NCBI GenBank assembly: GCA_963842885.1
Contig: CAWJIE010000007.1
Span: 1-64,000, forward strand
Direction of reading: 5' to 3'
DNA length: 64,000 nucleotides
Origin: an uncultured Nitrososphaerota archaeon
GTDB lineage: Archaea; Thermoproteota; Nitrososphaeria; Conexivisphaerales; DTJL01
Below, in pieces: positions 10,688 to 20,283 of this stretch. The notes below the pieces were generated by a model that searched no databases, had not been told where the DNA came from, and was given only the letters and a program-made list of their open reading frames with translations. Made by a program: the position numbers and the translations under genes. Numbering within the stretch: the stretch's first letter is position 1; each line of letters opens with the position of its first letter.

Positions 10688-10919
10688 GCATCACTCGCTT
10701 CCTGTAGGTCTATCAGGCGACCCGGCGAAGTAATAAGTATTGCCGGAGCAAATAGGCTGGTTCTTGTCTTAGATAATTCGTTAATTAACGTTTCCGTTAC
10801 GGATATATCAACATTAGATTCTGGATGGTAGATGCAAGACACCATGTGGTGTCAGTTTACTAGCATTAAAGTCTCGCTGTACCAAAACCAAATAAGGGCT
10901 GTACTGTCAAGGAGAACCT

Positions 10920-11427
10920 GTGTCTGACTGGTCTGGCATCAAGAACGTGTTGGACCCTACCACGTATACTTTTGTGATATATCCTCCGGTTGCCTTCGTG
11001 GTGATCTTTGCCCAGATGAGGACACCTCTGAATCTCGCTTGGATAGTCGTATCAGTAGGTTTGGCTGTTGCTGGGCAGGAGTATCTTCGCAAGGTGAAAT
11101 GGAAGATCATGGTTAGTATGCCTCCGGAGAAACGGAAGAAGCTGAACATGCGTTCAGTTATGAGATATGCGATGGGGAACTACAGGAAGCAAGTGCCGAT
11201 AGTCTTAGTATATGTCGCGCAGTTCGTTCTTTCTATGATTGCTTTGTATACAACGGCAAGTATTGTTTTCACTTTGCCTCCTAACGATGTGTATTTGGCA
11301 CCAGAACTCGTCATGTTCAGTCTGGGGGTTGGCCATCATTGCGCTTTCCCTGTATGTCGGGGCGACGTACCGAAAGGAAGCCAAATCGGAGGGCAAGAAG
11401 TTTACCCGTCAAGTTTTCCATAGGTAG
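10920..11427 (+). CDS. hypothetical membrane protein; frameshift near 11325
   Basis: Several hydrophobic segments; lower GC than the core region. Confidence 0.55.
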
Positions 11428-11510
11428 GTTGTCTGCTGGACCTGCGAAATGGCGCGGGCCGTTCTAAGCGGAAAATCATAATAGGAGAGCTGACGCAATC
11501 CTCCATCATA

Positions 11511-12038
11511 TTGGTCAAGTGCGTCAGTTGCGGGGAGGATATCGGTTGGAATGAGAAGAAGATAGACATGGGTGGTTACGGCTACTATTGCATCGATTGC
11601 TTCAAGTGCTACAAGTGCGGGAAGGAGCTGACGAAGGAAACAGCGAACGTGCTGATTCCGGACAAGAGTCTCGTGTGCGCGGATTGTTTGGCAAAGCTGA
11701 GGAGTGGAGAGAAGGACTTTTCCGGAGTCCCGGTCCGCGATGCGGACAGGCTGATGTGCAACTACTGTGGGAAGGAAATCAAGCCCAGCGATGAATTCTG
11801 TCCTTCATGTGGCGCGCGGAATCTCAATACTCCCGTGGCGTACTCTCCTCCTCCTGCAATGGACCTCCGAGGTTCTGAAGATGAGCGCCCGATGAGGTCC
11901 GACGCTAAGGGGATCGGGAAGCAAGTTTCTATTCCCTCAAAGTGGAAGTACTGTCCCGAATGCGGGTGCGAGCTTCCCTATAAGACCGCGAAGTTCTGTC
12001 CTGAGTGCGGGTTTGAGCTTTCATCCAAGCCTACGTGA
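11511..12038 (+). CDS. multi-zinc-ribbon protein
   Basis: Eight CxxC pairs including FCPSCG, YCPECG and FCPECG. Confidence 0.75.
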   Translation: MVKCVSCGEDIGWNEKKIDMGGYGYYCIDCFKCYKCGKELTKETANVLIPDKSLVCADCLAKLRSGEKDFSGVPVRDADRLMCNYCGKEIKPSDEFCPSCGARNLNTPVAYSPPPAMDLRGSEDERPMRSDAKGIGKQVSIPSKWKYCPECGCELPYKTAKFCPECGFELSSKPT

Positions 12039-12120
12039 TACTCCGCTTCAGGTTCAACTGCAAGTGGTTTGCCTATCCAGATGCAAACGCGTTTAAGCCC
12101 GAACGGAGACATTCGACGAT

Positions 12121-13374
12121 ATGGCCTCCATGGCGGTCTCGATTGGGGTCTTCGCTCTGGTGGTGATGTTGTTTGTGGCGGGTCTTGCGTTCTGGCAGTA
12201 TTACACCGTATCGAGTGATAACTCAGAGCTACGGAAGACATTGAACGCCACACAAGTAGACGATGCGCAGCTTCGAGCTCAAGTCAATTCCTTGCAGCAA
12301 CAGGTCACCTCACTGCAGGCAAAAATCAGTGAGTTGGAGGCGGCGGGAGGTAGCGAGAAGCTGAACATCTCATCGGCCTTTGCTGGTATTTCGGGGGGAA
12401 CCTGGGAAGTTCAATTGCAAGGCCTTGATAATGGCTCTGCAGCGGCGTCAATCAATCAACTATTGGTCAACGGAGGTCCCGTTGCCGGGGGCTGGAGGGG
12501 ATGCGTTGGCGATGGCTGTGGGCTTTATTCGAATGTGACCTCGCTCTCGGTGCCTGTTGGTTATTCGTTTACAATCCGATTCAGCTTAAGCACGTCCACC
12601 TACTCATCAGGACAGACGGTTGACATTAGGGTCATTACGGCGCAGAGTTCCTATAGGGTGCTGCTTGTCCTTCCTGGTGGCTCTGTGTATAGCGAGAGCA
12701 TGTCTGTGTACGTGGCAAACGCAACTGCGATTACGTCACCGGCTACCAGCTGGGCCTTGATGATAGCGGGGCGCAACACGGCTCCTTCAAACATATCGCT
12801 TAACAAGATTCAGATCAACGGCGTGACTCTTCCAAGTGCGGTCAACGTGTCGGTGAATGGCAATACAACCGGGTCCTTTGTCAACGCTTCAGTGCCGGCA
12901 GGCGATACGTTCACGTTAGCCTTGAACTTGACAGCGGCGGGATTTGGCAATCTGACGTTCACGACAGGACAGACGATCGAAGTGACGTTGGTCACTGCCC
13001 AAGGTTCCTATCCACTGCAGGTACTGCTTCCTGCGTCGACACAGTATGAGGACCTCCAGGTAAACACAGGATATGCCGTGTCATCCGGCAGCGGAAACTG
13101 GGCGGTTGTCATAGGCGGATACAATGCAGGAACTAATGCGGCTACGGTGCAGCAAGTACAGGTGAACGGGCAAATGGTCGGGAGCTTGGGTGGTGCGATG
13201 ATGATGAGCTCATTGGTCAACGGGGAGATGGTTTCTTATCCGGGCACCGTCATACCTGCCGGGGCTACGTTCAACTACGTCATGACGGTATTTGGCGTGT
13301 CTGCCGGACAGACCATTCAAGTTGAGATCGTTACTTTGCAAAGTTCGTATCCTGTGCAAGTACCTACTTCCTGA
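12121..13374 (+). CDS. membrane-anchored surface protein: coiled coil plus three repeated beta-rich domains
   Basis: N-terminal TM, heptad stretch, three repeats ending GQT(V/I)x(I/V)xxxTxQxSY; many N-x-S/T sequons. Confidence 0.75.
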   Translation: MASMAVSIGVFALVVMLFVAGLAFWQYYTVSSDNSELRKTLNATQVDDAQLRAQVNSLQQQVTSLQAKISELEAAGGSEKLNISSAFAGISGGTWEVQLQGLDNGSAAASINQLLVNGGPVAGGWRGCVGDGCGLYSNVTSLSVPVGYSFTIRFSLSTSTYSSGQTVDIRVITAQSSYRVLLVLPGGSVYSESMSVYVANATAITSPATSWALMIAGRNTAPSNISLNKIQINGVTLPSAVNVSVNGNTTGSFVNASVPAGDTFTLALNLTAAGFGNLTFTTGQTIEVTLVTAQGSYPLQVLLPASTQYEDLQVNTGYAVSSGSGNWAVVIGGYNAGTNAATVQQVQVNGQMVGSLGGAMMMSSLVNGEMVSYPGTVIPAGATFNYVMTVFGVSAGQTIQVEIVTLQSSYPVQVPTS

Positions 13375-13412
13375 TTCGTATGAGCCGGGATAGGGACATG
13401 GGTTCTAGGTCC

Positions 13413-13445
13413 GAGTTTTCTGTAGCTGCTGGAATGGATTGTGAT
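13413..13445 (-). repeat. dispersed intergenic repeat, copy 2 (reverse orientation)
   Basis: Reverse complement reads atcacaatccatTCCAGCAGCtACAGAaaactc. Confidence 0.65.
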
Positions 13446-13749
13446 GCTATCAGGGGTCTTTAGGGAGCTTGTGCGAGAGTTCCAGTTTTGGTTATGTCTC
13501 TCCCATTTCTAAGCAAAGAAGCTCCCCATTGCCATGTTTTCCTTTGCAGGAGCGCATAGAGCGCTTTCCCTTCATGGAACCCCCGCTCTGCATTTGTGGA
13601 CTCGACGAGTCAGCAGCCGAACCCATGTAAGGTCCTGTCGCAGTTGTTTCCCGGTGCTTTGAAACCGTTCCAGAAGCGAACCGACACATTACAGAAAGTG
13701 TAGAAACGCAGCAGCTTTGCTAGCGCATCCGGTCGAGAGATGATGCGGC

Positions 13750-14244
13750 CTACTCCGTCCTCCCCCACTGCTCACGCCAGTATCTCCTCCTCGACCTCCA
13801 GAACAGCATTCGGGCCACAAACAGCGCGAGCATGATGACCAATAGAATGATAAGGAATTCTCCCGGAAAGAACCCACCCTTGAGAGCGAAGAAATAGAAC
13901 AGCACGACGGCGACAATGATACCGATCGGCAGCATGAGCAGAATCCCCAAAGCGCGCGTCCAGGTCGACTGACCCCCTCTACCCGAACCACCGCCTCCGT
14001 GCCCTCCTTTGGCACGTTGCTCCCGAATCTGTTTAAGCCGTTCTTCATCCAGATAATACCTGCCGTTCACCTCGACAATAATGCCTGACTGACCAAGTCT
14101 TCGGTGCATAGCCTCCTCAAAACGCGGCGGCAGGCCCAGCTCCTGGATGGTCATGGCCTTTTCCGGGCTGTCGGCCCCTCTTTGACGGAACCTCTCAATC
14201 AACTCTTGCAGCCGTCGGCGCCCTTCCCCTCGATCTCTGGACAT
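13750..14244 (-). CDS. hypothetical membrane protein (possible winged-helix N-terminus, 2 TM)
   Basis: Charged helical N-terminus, Gly linker, two hydrophobic helices, basic tail. Confidence 0.7.
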   Translation of the reverse strand: MSRDRGEGRRRLQELIERFRQRGADSPEKAMTIQELGLPPRFEEAMHRRLGQSGIIVEVNGRYYLDEERLKQIREQRAKGGHGGGGSGRGGQSTWTRALGILLMLPIGIIVAVVLFYFFALKGGFFPGEFLIILLVIMLALFVARMLFWRSRRRYWREQWGRTE

Positions 14245-14267
14245 CCGGCTTCCTCTCAGTGTCTTGT

Positions 14268-14501
14268 TTAAGGTCCTTCTTCTGGGGCTTCAAGTCCCTG
14301 CATGATCTTTTCCGCGAGTTCCCTCATGGCGTCGGCCTTGACCATGGTTATGCCGCGGCGGTTTCTGCCAGCCATGACAAAGAGGAGGTCGCCCGGTTTG
14401 ATGTCGAGTTCCTTTCGGGCCTCAGCAGGGATGACCACCTGTCCTCTGTCGCCTACCCTTGCGGATCCGTAGAGGCGTGTATCTCTTCTTCTTTCAGCCA
14501 T
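14268..14501 (-). CDS. AbrB/MazE/SpoVT family DNA-binding protein
   Basis: ARVGDRGQVVIPAEARKELDIKPGD signature. Confidence 0.9.
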   Translation of the reverse strand: MAERRRDTRLYGSARVGDRGQVVIPAEARKELDIKPGDLLFVMAGRNRRGITMVKADAMRELAEKIMQGLEAPEEGP

Positions 14502-14789
14502 GCTTACACACTTTTCCTACATTTCCAACTAATATGAAAGTGCACTTAAGAACCTTTCGCCCTTCGCAACGCATGCGGACCGAGCAGCACAGGTGTATAG
14601 CGCAGGTCACACATGAGATTTCTGGGACAATCTACAACTTGAATGTTTTAATAAGGAGAGGAGTCGACTCCCTGATATGAAAATTCTGAAGACCGGTGCC
14701 ATGGCACAGTCTTTCGGCGATGGGCAGGGTGATCGGATGGTTTCTGTGTTGCAGGGAATGGCCCAAGAAATAGCGGGAGGTACGGTTTA

Positions 14790-15938
14790 ATGCCCAATTC
14801 TTCAGGAGCGAGCGACCGTCTGATCAAGGTTTCTACTGTCGCAGTATCGCTTGTCTTGATTCTGGTTCTGCTGACGGCCAGGGTGGCATTGGCAGACAGC
14901 GTCATCAGCACATTGACGTTGGGCGGCAACCCCGATGGGATGGCGTTCGACTCTACTAACGGGAACATCTACGTGGCGAACTATGGTTCAAACAATGTTT
15001 CGGTCATATCGGGATCGAGCAACACTGTGATCGCTAACGTGACGGTGGGCACCGAACCCGACAGGGTCGCCTTCGACCCTGTCAACGGGGAACTCTACGT
15101 GGACTGCTACGGTTCAAACAACGTCTACGTCATAGCTGGGTCCAACAACAGCGTGGTCGCCACGATAGCGGTGGGCAACGAACCCGAAGGAAATGCATTC
15201 GACTCCGCAAATGGCTACCTCTACGTGGCGAACCACAGTGACAACAACGTCTCCGTCATAGATGGGTCGACCAATACGGTTGTCACGACAGTGGCAGTGG
15301 GCAGAGACCCGCACGGAGTCGCATTCGACTCATCCAATGGGTACATCTACGTTACAAACGACGGAGATGGCACGGTCTCCGTCATCTCCGGGTCCAACAC
15401 TGTAATTGCGACGATTGAGGTGGGCATTCTGCTCAGTCTCCCGGAGGGGATAGCTCTCGACTCGGCCAACGGGGATCTCTATGTGACCATCGGCGCCAAT
15501 AACACGGTCTCGGTTATTGCTGGGAATAACAATACCGTGCTAGGCAGGGTGGCGGTGGGCTATTACCCCCAGGTGGCCGTGTTCGACTCAGCCAACGGGA
15601 ACATCTACGTAGCCAACCTCGGAAACGCGACCTCTGCGTCTTTCGGCGAAAATGGCACGGTCTCCGTAATAGCTGGGTCGAACAACACCGTGGTGGCGAC
15701 TCTCCCGGCGGGCTACGGGCCCGCAGGAATCTCATATGACTCGACCAACGGGGACGTCTACGTGTCGAACTACGGCGATGGGACCGTCACCATAATCGCG
15801 ACTTCGGGGACACCGGTTCCAGAGTTTCCGGGGGTTGGAGTGTGGGCTGTTGTGATCGCTTCCGTGGCTGCTGCAATGTTACTTAGCAGGAGGTTTCAGG
15901 CTTCCAGCGTGAAGGCCCTAAAACCCTCGATTGATTAA
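14790..15938 (+). CDS. YVTN/YncE beta-propeller surface protein with PEF-CTERM sorting signal
   Basis: Seven P-x-G-x-AFD...YVxN...VSVI repeats; signal peptide; C-terminal VPEFP + TM + RR. Confidence 0.9.
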   Translation: MPNSSGASDRLIKVSTVAVSLVLILVLLTARVALADSVISTLTLGGNPDGMAFDSTNGNIYVANYGSNNVSVISGSSNTVIANVTVGTEPDRVAFDPVNGELYVDCYGSNNVYVIAGSNNSVVATIAVGNEPEGNAFDSANGYLYVANHSDNNVSVIDGSTNTVVTTVAVGRDPHGVAFDSSNGYIYVTNDGDGTVSVISGSNTVIATIEVGILLSLPEGIALDSANGDLYVTIGANNTVSVIAGNNNTVLGRVAVGYYPQVAVFDSANGNIYVANLGNATSASFGENGTVSVIAGSNNTVVATLPAGYGPAGISYDSTNGDVYVSNYGDGTVTIIATSGTPVPEFPGVGVWAVVIASVAAAMLLSRRFQASSVKALKPSID

Positions 15939-16212
15939 CGAAAGCTTCCTGAGCCCTTCTCCAGCTCACACGATTTGAGATCATGAATAGAGGAGGAGGT
16001 GTTCTCCTCATCACTGCGTTGTCTGCGCCCACGCCGCCGACTTCGACTGGGAGCTAGTCTGCTTGGAATGTGGGGTGTATGTCCTCCTCTACTCGTCGTG
16101 CAGGTCCCTCGAAAAGAGGAAGAAGGGACTCCCAGTTGTTAGAAAGGAGGAGAGCGAAAGGAAGTTCGGATTAGGACTCATCGACCTGAGACGTAAGAAG
16201 GGATGATCAGTC

Positions 16213-16284
16213 TTGAGGATATTGATTTCTTTTCCAGCGGCAACAGATAACCAAGAATAGAATGGGCTGCTGGAAATGATATCA
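16213..16284 (+). repeat. dispersed intergenic repeat, copy 3, followed by an inverted partial copy
   Basis: attgatttctttTCCAGCgGCAACAGAtaaccaaga; 16223-16241 is complementary to 16266-16284 at 16 of 19 positions. Confidence 0.8.
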
Positions 16285-16850
16285 CATCGAGAAGTTATGG
16301 TTGTTTTCTTTAGTAACGCCCTATGTCTTTGGGACATGAAACGATGGGCATTCATTTCAAGAAACACGATGCGGAAAGAGAACGTTGAAAGCAGGCTCCC
16401 CTTCACATCTCAATTTGAACCTTGATTGCAGCATCGGAGCCTTAATTACGGAAGTTGGACTCATGATTGGGTGGGAAGGTCGATTTGTATCAGATTTGCA
16501 GAACGGTGTCACTGTCGGTAGGTACGGGAGGGCGGAACAAGATGTACAAGGTCGACCTGTTTCTCAATCTTGCTTAAATTGACCGTTTCGATCGTTTCGA
16601 CGTCCTTGACCCGGCTATTTCCAAGTCGATTGAGGAGCTAAAGGGCGCCTTGAGCCGTCAGGACTCTAATCAGTTGTTTCACGAGAATCCTACGGTGGAA
16701 GCTGGGCATATCGCCAGGTTCGTTTGCCACTTTCTCTCCGACTCCTTGGGGCGGTTCTGGCCCGAGGTCGGGTCTATCGCCAGAGCAAGAGTGTGGGAGA
16801 GCGCCACTTCCTATGTCGAATATCGAGTCTACGATTGAGGTGGTCTTGCT

Positions 16851-16990
16851 CTGGCTGAGGAAGATCTGAAAGACGAAGTGAAGGACTACGTCGCAAGACA
16901 GCTGGGGTGTCCGCTTGTTGTTGACGAGTCTGACCTTGGTGAAGGGAATAGAATTGACCTCGTTGGTTTCAAGTGGGATGACTCAGGGTT
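16851..16990 (+). pseudogene. possible truncated N-terminus of a PD-(D/E)xK nuclease-like protein
   Basis: AEEDLKDEVKDYVARQLGCPLVVDE...RIDLVG, then runs into the 3' end of the GNAT gene. Confidence 0.3.
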
Positions 16991-16992
16991 CT

Positions 16993-17568
16993 TTACCAGT
17001 AACCCCGTCCGATATGAAAGGTTCTGCCGCTATTCATCACCAAATCATAGATCTCCTTGGAACAGACGGGACTGAACATTTCGTCGGAATCATACCTCGT
17101 TTTTCCATGTACGTCCTCAAACGAGATTCTTCTACTCATTAACCTGAAACCGAGCCGATGGTAGAGTCCGCCGTCAGGATGCTCCTTCAAGTTAGCGCTG
17201 AGGCAAGCAATATGGCATCCCCTTCGCCTCAGAATCGCCAATCCTCTCTTCACCATATCTCCCCCCACTCCTTGGTGCCTTTCGGAAGCGGTAACGCACA
17301 CTCCACCTATCCCACCAAGTAGTATTCTTCTATTCTCAAACAGAGCCTCTCTCTCGAACAACTCGGTCTGTCCTATGATTGTCGCATCGCGGGACGCAAG
17401 TATTCTACCAAAACTCTCCGCTATGAAACATTCCTCGATCTCCATTCTACTGACATGGCTAAAGCACTCCCTCTGAAGCTCCACTACCCGCAGGTTCTGA
17501 GCCGAGGTAAGCTCTTTGGTTGGAACGAATACTATCCTAGCCAATACGCTGCCTAAAGTAGCATGCAA
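16993..17568 (-). CDS. GNAT family N-acetyltransferase
   Basis: GIGGVCVTASERHQGVG (motif A) and LYHRLGF. Confidence 0.85.
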   Translation of the reverse strand: MHATLGSVLARIVFVPTKELTSAQNLRVVELQRECFSHVSRMEIEECFIAESFGRILASRDATIIGQTELFEREALFENRRILLGGIGGVCVTASERHQGVGGDMVKRGLAILRRRGCHIACLSANLKEHPDGGLYHRLGFRLMSRRISFEDVHGKTRYDSDEMFSPVCSKEIYDLVMNSGRTFHIGRGYW

Positions 17569-17752
17569 AGGCGGACATATAGTTCTGACGATGGGAAATC
17601 CTCGAGTCTAGCCCGGATATCTGTAGGACTTCCTGCCGGCGGGTGATGGAGGCACCAGCGAGGCTGGGGCGCAATCAGAATAGACACGCGGGTCATCGAA
17701 GAATAGACCCGTCAATCAAATATGCGTCTCGTCACCCCTCTCCCGAGGGCAA

Positions 17753-17938
17753 TTGTCTCAAGAAATCCCGGGCCGAATGTATCGCTGCATACTGGACGGC
17801 CTCTACTTCAGGGACAAGGAAAAGGCTCTGCTGCACCTGCAGATAGAACACAACTTCGTAAACGTGGACGAGTCCCTCCTCCGGGAGGTCACGTTCGGGC
17901 CTGAAATGATGCCACGGCCGCGGCCTCATTTCCAGTAG
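17753..17938 (+). CDS. small C2H2-like zinc-finger protein
   Basis: YRCILDG...F...LLHLQIEH. Confidence 0.5.
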   Translation: MSQEIPGRMYRCILDGLYFRDKEKALLHLQIEHNFVNVDESLLREVTFGPEMMPRPRPHFQ

Positions 17939-18076
17939 TCGCAACGGCCATCGCAAAAGCGGCGCGCGTCTGCAATCTCCCTTTCCTCTCACGTTCTCGC
18001 CCTTTAATCATCTGCATGGGCCTCCAGTCAGGGCCAGGGTCTCGCCCACGAACCCCAAGGCCGCCCCGATGAAGAG

Positions 18077-18139
18077 GCCGCCATCGTCGTTCAGGTCGAT
18101 GATACTGATTCCTTCTCCAGCAGCAACAGATACCCAAGA
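18077..18139 (+). repeat. dispersed intergenic repeat, copy 4
   Basis: gccgccatcgtcgttcaggtcgatgatactgattccttcTCCAGCAGCAACAGAtacccaaga; aligns ungapped over ~60 bp with copy 7. Confidence 0.85.
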
Positions 18140-18233
18140 TTGCCATCACAAGGTCTCCTGGATAACGCCCCTTAGACCAATGGCAAATCGTCGAAATGCA
18201 GATATAAATCCGAGCCTTCTCTCACTAGTATCA

Positions 18234-18914
18234 ATGGTGAAGTATTGCATCAGTTGTGGGAAGCAGAACGAAGACCAAGCAGTCTTCTGCATAGGGTGCG
18301 GACGAAGGTTCCCGGATGAGTCAACTCCTGTTCAACAGGCGGGGAATACTGCCCCTGCTTCGCCCCCGCAGCCCACTTCACTCTTCACCATAGAGAAGGG
18401 GCCCGGAGCCCACGAGCATAGCTTCACTGATGCCTATCTCAAGGACCCCGAGGGCAAAGTGCTGTTAGTGGCGAGGAGGGAATCGCTCCTCCACGAGAAC
18501 TACGCCATAGTGGACGGAGTCGAGGTCGTCAAAGGTCTCATCGAGCATAAGGCACATCTCACCCACTCGGAACTGCGTCTTGAGGATGCTGACCACAACG
18601 TTCAGGGGTCCATCCAAGTCAGCTCCATCCGGACAGCGGGGGTTCCCCCCAATTGCTGGATAGAAGATGCCAACGGCAACAGGCAGGGTTCAGTGATGTT
18701 CACCAGCGGGCTGCTCGGCTTCTCTGTGGTCAAGCTTGATGGCTCCAGGATCTTCGACGCTTCATTCACCTCCGGACCTGGGCTGAGGCAACTCCTGACC
18801 GCGTTGGAGCACAGGGTCTATGAGATCGATCTCGTTGACTCCAGCTTTCCCTTGCCTATGCTTCTGACCGTCGTTCTAGCCATCGAGGGCGTGACTCTGA
18901 CCACTCGGAGGTAG
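18234..18914 (+). CDS. zinc-ribbon protein with possible LURP/scramblase-like beta-barrel domain
   Basis: YCISCG...FCIGCG, then beta-rich domain ending in LLTVVLAIE helix; TATA-like GATATAAAT at 18201-18209. Confidence 0.7.
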   Translation: MVKYCISCGKQNEDQAVFCIGCGRRFPDESTPVQQAGNTAPASPPQPTSLFTIEKGPGAHEHSFTDAYLKDPEGKVLLVARRESLLHENYAIVDGVEVVKGLIEHKAHLTHSELRLEDADHNVQGSIQVSSIRTAGVPPNCWIEDANGNRQGSVMFTSGLLGFSVVKLDGSRIFDASFTSGPGLRQLLTALEHRVYEIDLVDSSFPLPMLLTVVLAIEGVTLTTRR

Positions 18915-18977
18915 AGGCTTCGATACCCATCGAGTCAAGTCCAAAACCCATGATTGGCTGACAAGCTCGGTTTTTTT

Positions 18978-19003
18978 GAGGGAATCGCAAATCCTTTCCA
19001 GCA
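18978..19003 (+). repeat. dispersed repeat copy 5, left half (interrupted by IS110)
   Basis: gagggaatcgcaaatccttTCCAGCA ends exactly at the IS boundary. Confidence 0.8.
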
Positions 19004-19064
19004 CTCATGAAAGATGCCCCTTGGGCCAGCTTCCTCGAGCCTGCCTTCAGCCAGCGGTGTCCTG

Positions 19065-20108
19065 TCAGCCATCCATGGATTTGAGCTTTGTCTTGTACCT
19101 CTCCCTGTTCGTGGACTCGTACTCCTCCCTTCTCGTGAGCATGAACCAGACGATCTTCAGCATCTTGTTGGCCACGGCGACGACGGCCTTCTGGTCGCCC
19201 CTCCTCCCCTTCACCCGCTCGTAGAAGGACCTCAGCCTCGGGTCGTGCATCGATGCAGACCTCGCCGCCTCCACCATTATCCATCGGAGCATCTTCGAGC
19301 CCTGCTTCGTGATGGCTCCGTGATACTCCACGGAGCCCGATTGGTGGAGCGATGGGGCCAGCCCGGCCCACGACACCAGCTTCTTGTAGTTGGGGAACCT
19401 CTTGATGTCCCCTATCTCGGACCTTATGAGGAGGGCAGAGAAGACGTCCACCCCCGTGAGGCTCAGGAGCAGCCTCACGTCCTCGTCCTGTGACGCCCTC
19501 TCCGTGATCCTGTCGTCCACCCTGGAGATCTGTTCATTGAGGCTCTCCAGGTGATCCAGGTGGTTGTCCAGCATGAGCCGCTCCATCGGGGGGAGCTCCA
19601 GCGTCTTCAGCCACTCCACCCCTCCCTTCCCGAAGAGGTCGGAGAAGTCATGCTTCAGGCCGTTCCTGTCGACCATCGCGTGGACCCTGTTCTTCACCAT
19701 GGTGCGCACCCTCACGATCGACGCCCTGTGCCTGATGAGCTCCCTCATCTCCCTGACATCCTTGGGAGGGACGTAGCTCTCGGGTATCAGGTCCGCCCTG
19801 AGGAGGTGGGCCAGTATCCTGGCGTCCACCCTGTCGCTCTTTATCCTCGCCCATGCGATTGCCTTGGTCTTCGAAGGGGAGGCCAACACGGTCGCGACGT
19901 GCATGGAATCGAGCCTCTCGTATATGCTTAGCCAGTATGCCCCCGTCGCCTCCATCACCACCCTGTCGTCCATGGTGAGCGTCGCAGCGAGGGAGGATAT
20001 CCCTTCGCAGTCGTTTTCGAAGCCGAACTCGTCCACCACGGCCCCGTGCTCGTCCATCATTGAGACCCTGCATTTCGCCTTGCCCACGTCTATTCCCACG
20101 TATCTCAT
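19065..20108 (-). CDS. IS110 family DEDD transposase/recombinase
   Basis: MRYVGIDVGK, VMEATG, KSDRVDA and AGLAPSLHQSG (catalytic Ser loop); AGGAGA upstream. Confidence 0.95.
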   Translation of the reverse strand: MRYVGIDVGKAKCRVSMMDEHGAVVDEFGFENDCEGISSLAATLTMDDRVVMEATGAYWLSIYERLDSMHVATVLASPSKTKAIAWARIKSDRVDARILAHLLRADLIPESYVPPKDVREMRELIRHRASIVRVRTMVKNRVHAMVDRNGLKHDFSDLFGKGGVEWLKTLELPPMERLMLDNHLDHLESLNEQISRVDDRITERASQDEDVRLLLSLTGVDVFSALLIRSEIGDIKRFPNYKKLVSWAGLAPSLHQSGSVEYHGAITKQGSKMLRWIMVEAARSASMHDPRLRSFYERVKGRRGDQKAVVAVANKMLKIVWFMLTRREEYESTNRERYKTKLKSMDG

Positions 20109-20129
20109 TCCACTATTCACTCTCCTTTT

Positions 20130-20255
20130 TGCAGCTGGCATCGGGCTGCATTCACTCATGCGGGCGCCAGGCCCACTTCCTTAGCAGCTCAGGATTCGCC
20201 CAGTCAGCAACACGGTCGCCAGGACCATGCTGAAAATCGGGCTTGCCAGCCCATA
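20130..20255 (-). ncRNA. putative bridge (seek) RNA of the IS110 element
   Basis: Closing helix GCUGGCA/UGCCAGC; two stem-internal-loop-hairpin arms, both capped by CUGGC; loop strands match the target repeat and the donor junction. Confidence 0.75.
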
Positions 20256-20283
20256 CGGTATCAGGGGGCGTCTTTCATAAGGT

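Noticed and set aside
14735-14765. Further weak repeat-like matches (here, 17613-17624 and 55011-55028)
   Set aside because: Only partial matches lacking the TCCAGCAGC core; could be chance.
16000-16206. Cys-containing open frame (HCVVC...CLECG...RRKKG) before repeat copy 3
   Set aside because: No start codon upstream of the Cys motifs after the preceding stop; cannot be supported as a gene.
18077-18139. Repeat as a small-peptide gene (minus strand reads GYLLLLEK with some synonymous variation)
   Set aside because: No shared start or stop among the copies, and another frame fits similarly; a decayed coding origin cannot be fully excluded.
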